Shown here one piece after another: positions 27,077-32,858 of a stretch of DNA of 32,858 bases. A program made the translations under genes and the position numbers. Below the pieces are notes generated by a model that saw only the letters and a program-made list of their open reading frames with translations, made no database searches and was not told where the DNA came from. Each line of letters opens with the position of its first letter. The first letter of the stretch is position 1. Source of the stretch: Candidatus Micrarchaeota archaeon (GTDB lineage: Archaea > Micrarchaeota > Micrarchaeia > Micrarchaeales > CABMGC01); NCBI GenBank assembly GCA_030040595.1, contig JASHTL010000064.1, forward strand, positions 1 to 32,858, in the 5' to 3' direction.

Positions 27077-27113
27077 AGCCCGGCCATTCACGCGCGGCCG
27101 GGCTCTTTTCTTT
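27077..27113 (+). terminator. GC-rich hairpin followed by pyrimidine tract
   Basis: AGCCCGGCC-10nt-GGCCGGGCT followed by CTTTTCTTT. Confidence 0.55.
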
Positions 27114-27162
27114 AGCGCCTGGTTGAAAACCTTTTTATATCATGATTGCATAGAGATAATTC

Positions 27163-27495
27163 ATGCAGGAACGGAATGGCGTAAGGGAAGTGAGCTTCGA
27201 CGAGGCAACTGAGATGCTGAAAGGCAATGGCGTCAAGTTCGTCTGGCTGGGAAGGGAGCCCCTCGAGTACATAGTCAAGCTGCTGGAGATAGAGCCGACG
27301 AAGGCGGAGATGATTCCGCCGAGGAGCTTGGTGGAGGGAAACAGCGAGGAGATCGAATCGCTGAAAGGGGCCATATTCGCATGCTATCACGGAAACACCT
27401 CGGGTGTGGTGGTGAAGTCGCTCAAGTCAAGGTTCGGGATAGAGTCATACAGCCTGAAGGGCGGAGTCACTGCGGTAGTCGGCGAAATATTCTGA
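27163..27495 (+). CDS. Rhodanese-like single-domain protein
   Basis: FACYHGNTS active-site loop; YSLKGG. Confidence 0.75.
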   Translation: MQERNGVREVSFDEATEMLKGNGVKFVWLGREPLEYIVKLLEIEPTKAEMIPPRSLVEGNSEEIESLKGAIFACYHGNTSGVVVKSLKSRFGIESYSLKGGVTAVVGEIF

Positions 27496-27514
27496 CAGGC
27501 TGGGCAAGACTCGG

Positions 27515-28591
27515 CTACATCGCATTGAGCGTGTGCTTTTTCTTCATGATGTGCAGGGAGACGAAGAGCTGGAGCTGCTGGTAGGTGAGCACGCCTGCAA
27601 GCTTGCCGTTCTTTGTGACTGCAGCAATCGCCACGTCAGCAGCGGTAAGTTTCGACATGCCGTCTGATACTGACATTCTCGAATCCAGCGTCATTATCGG
27701 CACAGCCAGCTGACCGGCCCTCTCAATGACGTTTCCCCTCACCTTCTTCCCGAGGTCGATAAGGCCGTATCCGGTGCCTATACGCGTTATCACGGCATGC
27801 TCGCCGCTGTCACGCACCTTGCCGTACAGCTGCTCTATGGTAGCATCCGGATCGACGTACACGAAATGCCTGCTTGCAGCCTCGCCTATCTTCACCCCTG
27901 CCGTATCCCTCCTTACAATCACGCTGTTCTCCTCCGACTTGAGCCCTCCGTAGAGGAATACCACTATGACTATCGTAAGAAGAAGGTCGAAGAGCCGCTG
28001 CTCGAGGGAGTACGCGCTATAGAAGAAGACGAGAGCCAGGGTCGCCACGACTATCAGTACAAGCATGATCTTGCTGACCTTTGCCGTTATCATTGTCGCG
28101 TCAAAGAAGTTGTGGTTCTTCTGGATGTAGCTCCTGAAGATCCTGCCTCCGTCCATTGGGAATGCGGGTATTATGTTGAATGCGCCGAGGAAGACGTTAA
28201 GTATGAAGAGTATGTTCGCCAGCTGCTCAACCGGGCCGGAAGGCAGTATCACCGCGATAATGCCGAAGACGCCGCCGATGAAAAGGCTCATCAGCGGCCC
28301 TGCAATCGAGATGTTGAACTCGACCCTGGGATTTATCTTTGTCGTGTCTATGACCGATGCGCCTCCGAAGGGCAGCAGTATTATCCTGCTCACATTCACC
28401 TTGTTCCTTACCGCAGTAACTGAATGCGCGAGCTCGTGTATAAGCACGCACACGAACAGAAGCACAAGCACCAGGCCGAAGACCGGTATATAGATCAGGA
28501 AGAGGAGTATCATCAGGATGAAGATCCAGTTTAGCTCTATGGGTATGCCGTATATCTTGCCTATGCCTAAAGATCCGGGTGAGGCCATCAA
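27515..28591 (-). CDS. Site-2 protease (M50) with C-terminal CBS-like domains
   Basis: HELAH, IAGP, FNIIPAFPMDGGR, GKLAGVLT. Confidence 0.93.
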   Translation of the reverse strand: MMASPGSLGIGKIYGIPIELNWIFILMILLFLIYIPVFGLVLVLLFVCVLIHELAHSVTAVRNKVNVSRIILLPFGGASVIDTTKINPRVEFNISIAGPLMSLFIGGVFGIIAVILPSGPVEQLANILFILNVFLGAFNIIPAFPMDGGRIFRSYIQKNHNFFDATMITAKVSKIMLVLIVVATLALVFFYSAYSLEQRLFDLLLTIVIVVFLYGGLKSEENSVIVRRDTAGVKIGEAASRHFVYVDPDATIEQLYGKVRDSGEHAVITRIGTGYGLIDLGKKVRGNVIERAGQLAVPIMTLDSRMSVSDGMSKLTAADVAIAAVTKNGKLAGVLTYQQLQLFVSLHIMKKKHTLNAM

Positions 28592-28645
28592 ACCAGTTAT
28601 CTATGCCGGAAGAGGCTTATAAGCATATCTTGTTATTTCCATAAT

Positions 28646-29371
28646 ATGCTCGTCTCATTCGTCAAGGGCAAGCCTGCCCTCATGATAAACAGGGAAAGGA
28701 TCCTTATAGCCAGCGACCTGCACATAGGAAACGAGTTCAAGGCCGCAAGGTCGGGAATGCACTTCGTAGGAGCGACGAGGAGAATGGCCGAGGAGCTGCT
28801 TGGCATATACAAGAGGAGTAGGGCGAAGGGGATTGTGCTGCTCGGCGACGTGAAGGAGAGCGTGGGATACCCGCAGCGTGACGAGTTCGACGCGATCGCA
28901 ACCTTCTTCCACATGTTCAGGGATATCGACATAACCATGGTGAGGGGAAACCACGATGCGCATATGCACGAGCTACTGGCCAGGATAGGCATAAGCATCT
29001 ACCCGGTGAAGGAACTGCTCACAGAGAGAATTGCACTGATACACGGAAACGCGATGCCTTCGGAATCTGCAATGAAAAAAGATTACATAATAGCAGGTCA
29101 TTCCCACATAGCCGTGGAATCCGATGGAGGCGTTACAAAGGGATGGTTGAGGGCAGAAATAGGAAGCGGCGCAGCAAAGGAGTACAAAACATACAACAAG
29201 AGGATAAGGCTTGTGGTCATGCCCGCATTCAACAGCCTAATAACTGGGGTGAAAGTGGGTACTGAGACAAAATGGTCGATGCCGCTTCTAAGGAACAGGG
29301 TATTTGACCCGGAAAAGGCAATGGCATACGACCTGAACGACAAGTTACGATTCAAGGGATCAGGGTTATAA
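28646..29371 (+). CDS. Calcineurin-like metallophosphoesterase (COG1407-like)
   Basis: SDLHIG, LLGDVK, RGNHD, IHG, GHSH, MPAFN. Confidence 0.9.
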   Translation: MLVSFVKGKPALMINRERILIASDLHIGNEFKAARSGMHFVGATRRMAEELLGIYKRSRAKGIVLLGDVKESVGYPQRDEFDAIATFFHMFRDIDITMVRGNHDAHMHELLARIGISIYPVKELLTERIALIHGNAMPSESAMKKDYIIAGHSHIAVESDGGVTKGWLRAEIGSGAAKEYKTYNKRIRLVVMPAFNSLITGVKVGTETKWSMPLLRNRVFDPEKAMAYDLNDKLRFKGSGL

Positions 29372-29395
29372 TGGAGAAAAGGGAAATACAATAAT

Positions 29396-29779
29396 ATGAA
29401 ACTCAACAAGCTGACAAAGGAGGAGGAACGGGTCATACTGCATAAAGGGACTGAGCTTCCCTATACCGGCGAGTACGACAACTTCTACGAATCAGGAACA
29501 TACTACTGCAAGAGGTGCGGGGCCAAGCTCTTCAAGTCGGAAAGCAAGTTCGATGCGCATTGCGGCTGGCCCGCATTCGACGACCAGATACCCGGCGCGG
29601 TTGAGAAGGGAGAGAATCAGGGCCTGATATTCGGCACTGAGGTGCATTGCGCGAGATGCAAGGCCCATCTTGGGCATGTCTACCACAACGAGTTCCTGAC
29701 AAGGAAGAATACAAGGTACTGCATAAACTCCATCTCCATGAGGTTTGTGCCTGACAAAAAGGGAAAGAATGGAAAATAA
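29396..29779 (+). CDS. msrB: Methionine-R-sulfoxide reductase
   Basis: GTE, CKRC, CGWPAF, CARC, HLGHV, RYCINS. Confidence 0.95.
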   Translation: MKLNKLTKEEERVILHKGTELPYTGEYDNFYESGTYYCKRCGAKLFKSESKFDAHCGWPAFDDQIPGAVEKGENQGLIFGTEVHCARCKAHLGHVYHNEFLTRKNTRYCINSISMRFVPDKKGKNGK

Positions 29780-30314
29780 AACTGAAAAGATAGTACTCGG
29801 AGGAGGATGCTTCTGGTGCGGAGAAGCGGTCTTCAAGATGATTAAGGGAGTGAAGGAGGTTACCCCAGGATATGCAGGCGGACATACCGTCAATCCTACC
29901 TATGAGGACGTTTGCACCGGCAGGACCGGACATGCAGAGGTTGTTGAGATAGTATACAATCCTGACGAGACTACCCTCGAAAAGATCCTTGATGTCTTTT
30001 TCAGGATGCACGATCCTACATCCCTCAATAAGCAAGGAGCTGACTTTGGCAGCGAGTATAGGTCGATAATACTCTACATATCCCAGAAGCAAAAGAAAGA
30101 AATAGAAGATTTCGTAAAGAACTCTCAGAAAAATTTTGATAAGCCGATAGCCACCGAGGTTAAGAAATTAGACAAATTCTATCCCGCTGAGGATTACCAC
30201 AAGAACTTTTACGAAAGAAACCCTCTCCAGCCATATTGCATATTCGTCACAAGGCCAAAGGTTAAGAAAATCAGGGAAGAGTTTAAAGAAGAGCTAAAAT
30301 CAGAATACAAGTAA
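29769..30314 (+). CDS. msrA: Methionine-S-sulfoxide reductase
   Basis: GGGCFW, GYAGG, TGHAEVV, HDPT, FYPAEDYH; overlaps the msrB stop. Confidence 0.95.
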   Translation: MENKTEKIVLGGGCFWCGEAVFKMIKGVKEVTPGYAGGHTVNPTYEDVCTGRTGHAEVVEIVYNPDETTLEKILDVFFRMHDPTSLNKQGADFGSEYRSIILYISQKQKKEIEDFVKNSQKNFDKPIATEVKKLDKFYPAEDYHKNFYERNPLQPYCIFVTRPKVKKIREEFKEELKSEYK

Positions 30315-30431
30315 ACGCTAGGATTTATTGCGCAATCGCGATCGGCCTGAAGACACACAAGATGCGCGTAAGACAACATTGTGCGAAACCCTCCCGAAGC
30401 CTATAAAAAATACAAACCCGAATACATACGC

Positions 30432-30977
30432 ATGGCGATCTCAGAAGAGCTGATCATAGTCATCGCGATAATGATCTTTTTCATAGGACGCATGACATGG
30501 CGGACCATGAAAGGGACGAAGTACTCGGTAAGAAGCATATTCACGCGGCCTGTGATATACATAATTCTTTCCGCATTCCTGGTGCTCGGACTGCTGCTGT
30601 GGCAGGATGCGCTTGTGGTCGTGGTTGCGGCCGCCGGACTGCTCATCGGCCTGGTTCTCGGTAAACGGTCGAACCTATTCGAGAAAAACGGACAGGTGAT
30701 GTACAAAAGGTCAAACGAGGTCATGATCCTATGGCTTGTCGCATTCGTAATAAGGATAAGCATAGACTTGCTGTACGATCCGGCGCTCTCTTCTATTACC
30801 TCAAACGAGTCGCTCTCCTCGATACTTGCTGCGGCGACTGCATATGAGAGCACTCCGCTTGCCTTCGGCGCGGACCTACTCCTCGCCTTCTCCGCGGGCC
30901 TCTTGCTCGGCGAGGCATTCGTGCTCTACAGGAACCACAAGGCCAAATATCCTAAGACTAAGGCTACTCGGGGGTAA
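30432..30977 (+). CDS. DUF1453/CcdC-like membrane protein
   Basis: About 5 TM; IFTRP...GLLIGLVLG...LWLVAFVIRI pattern. Confidence 0.6.
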   Translation: MAISEELIIVIAIMIFFIGRMTWRTMKGTKYSVRSIFTRPVIYIILSAFLVLGLLLWQDALVVVVAAAGLLIGLVLGKRSNLFEKNGQVMYKRSNEVMILWLVAFVIRISIDLLYDPALSSITSNESLSSILAAATAYESTPLAFGADLLLAFSAGLLLGEAFVLYRNHKAKYPKTKATRG

Positions 30978-31731
30978 GCCATCTTCTTGTGGCAATGACT
31001 CCAAGTACCAGCATCACCGCGCAGAAAATGATGAGATAGAGCACGTAAAGGAAGTTGGGGGCCTGTCCGAAGAGCGCCTCCCTTCCAAAGAGCGCGGCAT
31101 AGCTTATCGGGTTGAAGGCGCTTATTGTCTGCATCCATGGCGGGAAGAGGCTTGCGGGAAAGAGAGCCTGGCTGGAGAACATCAGCGGCAGGTTTATCAG
31201 GTTCGAGACGACTCCCGGGGTCTGCCAGTCCCTTGATCTCATGGTTATTATCGCGTAGACGCAGGACATGCCTATGCCTAGCAGGAAGAGCGAGCAGATC
31301 CAGACGAAGACGTAAAACGCGTTGGTATTGAAGGTCACGCCGAACAACATGGCCACAACCACCATGACGGGTATCTGGATAATGCCGCGCGCTGCTGCGC
31401 CTGCCACCTTTCCGAAGAAGATCGCCTCCTTTGGCGCCTTTGTGACCATCATGCGCTTCAGGAACCCGAACCGCTTGTCCTGGATCATTGACATCGAGCT
31501 GAACATGCCTATGAGTATCATTCCCGTTGCGAGCTCCCCTGGAAGCAGGAATGAGATATAGTTGTTTGTTCCGAACAGCGAGGTCAGAAGGCTGGTCGGC
31601 AGTCTTGCAAGACTATTCCCGAAGAAGACAAGCCACATCAGGGGCTGTATGAACATCATCGCCACTACTGCCTTGTTCCTGTAGGTACGCTTCACCTCCC
31701 TGAGAAATATTGCGTATGTCTCCTTGATCAT
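30964..31731 (-). CDS. ABC-2 type permease
   Basis: QPLMWLVFFG, DKRFGFLK, LPLMFSS, NPISY. Confidence 0.92.
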   Translation of the reverse strand: MIKETYAIFLREVKRTYRNKAVVAMMFIQPLMWLVFFGNSLARLPTSLLTSLFGTNNYISFLLPGELATGMILIGMFSSMSMIQDKRFGFLKRMMVTKAPKEAIFFGKVAGAAARGIIQIPVMVVVAMLFGVTFNTNAFYVFVWICSLFLLGIGMSCVYAIITMRSRDWQTPGVVSNLINLPLMFSSQALFPASLFPPWMQTISAFNPISYAALFGREALFGQAPNFLYVLYLIIFCAVMLVLGVIATRRWLTPE

Positions 31732-32696
31732 TGCCTCGCCCTCTGCAGCTGCCTGTAGAACTTCCTGTAGTCGATTGGATGGTCCTCTTCCTGTTCTGCC
31801 ATGGTAGATCCAGTGAGCTTTATGAACGCGGTATCAAGGCTCGGCTTCTCAAGCCTCAGGGCGCTGACCTGGAAGAGGTCTATCTTCTTGAGTACCGAGA
31901 CGAACGAGTCCTTGCTCTTTCTCAGATGGATCTTGATCTCGTTGCCCTGCCTCTTGTAGCTGAGACTTCTTATGGAGGACATGCTGAATTCGCCTGTCAC
32001 GGTGAGCACGACCACGCCGCCCCCGGCCTTGGACCTTAGCTTCTCCGGAGTGCCTATCGTCACTATCTTGCCCTTGCTTATTATTGCGATCCTGTCGCAG
32101 AGCTGGTCTGCCTCGTCCATGTAGTGCGTCGTAAGGAATATCGTGACCTTGTGCTCGTCCCTTGTCTTCTTTATGAGGTCCCAGAGCATGCTCCTTGTCC
32201 CGACGTCGAGACCCAGGGTCGGCTCGTCCATGAAGATGACGCTCGGATCTCCGAGCAGGGCCATTGTTATCTCGACCTTCTTCCTCATTCCCGTTGAAAG
32301 GTTGCCTGCCCTCATCTTCACCGTGTTCTTTATCCCGAAATATTCCAGCAGGCGCATCGCTGTTGCGTACCAGTCGCTTACTCCCTGCAGGTCTGCCTGG
32401 AGCTTCAGGTTCTCTATTACCTGCAAATCGTCGTCAAGTATCACCTCCGATGCGATCCATCCTATGTCCCGCTTCACGACGCGTGGCTCCTTCCGAACGT
32501 CGTGCCCGTTGATTATGCAGATTCCGCTGGTCTGCGGAATGAGCGTAGTCATTATCTTTATTGTAGTCGTCTTGCCTGCGCCGTTGGGCCCCAGGAGTGC
32601 GAATATCTCGCCCTGTTTTACGCTAAAGGAAACGTTGTCTACTGCTTTGAAGGCTCCATACGTCTTTACAAGGTTCCTTACGACTATCGTATCCAT
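31728..32696 (-). CDS. ABC transporter ATP-binding protein (DrrA-like)
   Basis: GPNGAGKTT, LSTGM signature variant, FMDEPTLGLD, LTTHYMDEA, PSLD. Confidence 0.95.
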   Translation of the reverse strand: MDTIVVRNLVKTYGAFKAVDNVSFSVKQGEIFALLGPNGAGKTTTIKIMTTLIPQTSGICIINGHDVRKEPRVVKRDIGWIASEVILDDDLQVIENLKLQADLQGVSDWYATAMRLLEYFGIKNTVKMRAGNLSTGMRKKVEITMALLGDPSVIFMDEPTLGLDVGTRSMLWDLIKKTRDEHKVTIFLTTHYMDEADQLCDRIAIISKGKIVTIGTPEKLRSKAGGGVVVLTVTGEFSMSSIRSLSYKRQGNEIKIHLRKSKDSFVSVLKKIDLFQVSALRLEKPSLDTAFIKLTGSTMAEQEEDHPIDYRKFYRQLQRARQ

Positions 32697-32815
32697 TTTC
32701 TATTCATCGTATATTCTTGTGCTTTATTTGCCTTTTATTACAACCGGTAACGTTACGTCTATATGGCAGGCAACGCATATAAATATCGTACAGCCTATAT
32801 TATACGAGTGGAAAG

Positions 32816-32858
32816 ATGGAAAGGTACTGCGGTTGCGACATGCGCGGCATGCTCACAT
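32816..32858 (+). CDS. 5' end of a possible PadR-family regulator (truncated by window)
   Basis: MERYCGCDMRGMLT resembles PadR N-termini (..RG.L...IL); divergent from the ABC operon; TATAAATA at 32778-32785. Confidence 0.4.
   Translation, partial: MERYCGCDMRGMLT

Overview
Archaeal genomic window. Evidence: a class I (archaeal) CCA-adding enzyme, an archaeal NMN adenylyltransferase, TATA boxes about 25-40 nt upstream of starts, and GGTG-type RBS. The gene content is compatible with a DPANN lineage such as Micrarchaeota, but that is inference. It holds about 37 complete CDS, two edge-truncated CDS and one tRNA-Ala(CGC). Most genes are housekeeping, stress or surface functions (Tag and AlkZ glycosylases, MFS and ABC transporters, MsrA/B, ThrC, site-2 protease, G1 peptidase, Kelch-like and other glycoproteins). 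The main anomaly is 15567-20220, which is largely AT-rich. An HTH + double-LAGLIDADG gene reads into and stops inside the tRNA-Ala gene. Downstream of the tRNA lie four one-gene (or one toxin-antitoxin pair) units: ribokinase, VapBC, Fic and TIGR00725/SLOG. They are separated by short direct copies of the tRNA 3' end (two exact, two with one mismatch), and there is no integrase in the window. This looks like an integron-like, tRNA-3'-end-punctuated gene-cassette array. Other candidates are a doubled operator/TATA unit before fic, a densely structured 5' leader at 11636-11843, and a membrane-tethered HTH regulator near a site-2 protease. All assignments come from motif reading by eye; no searches were run.
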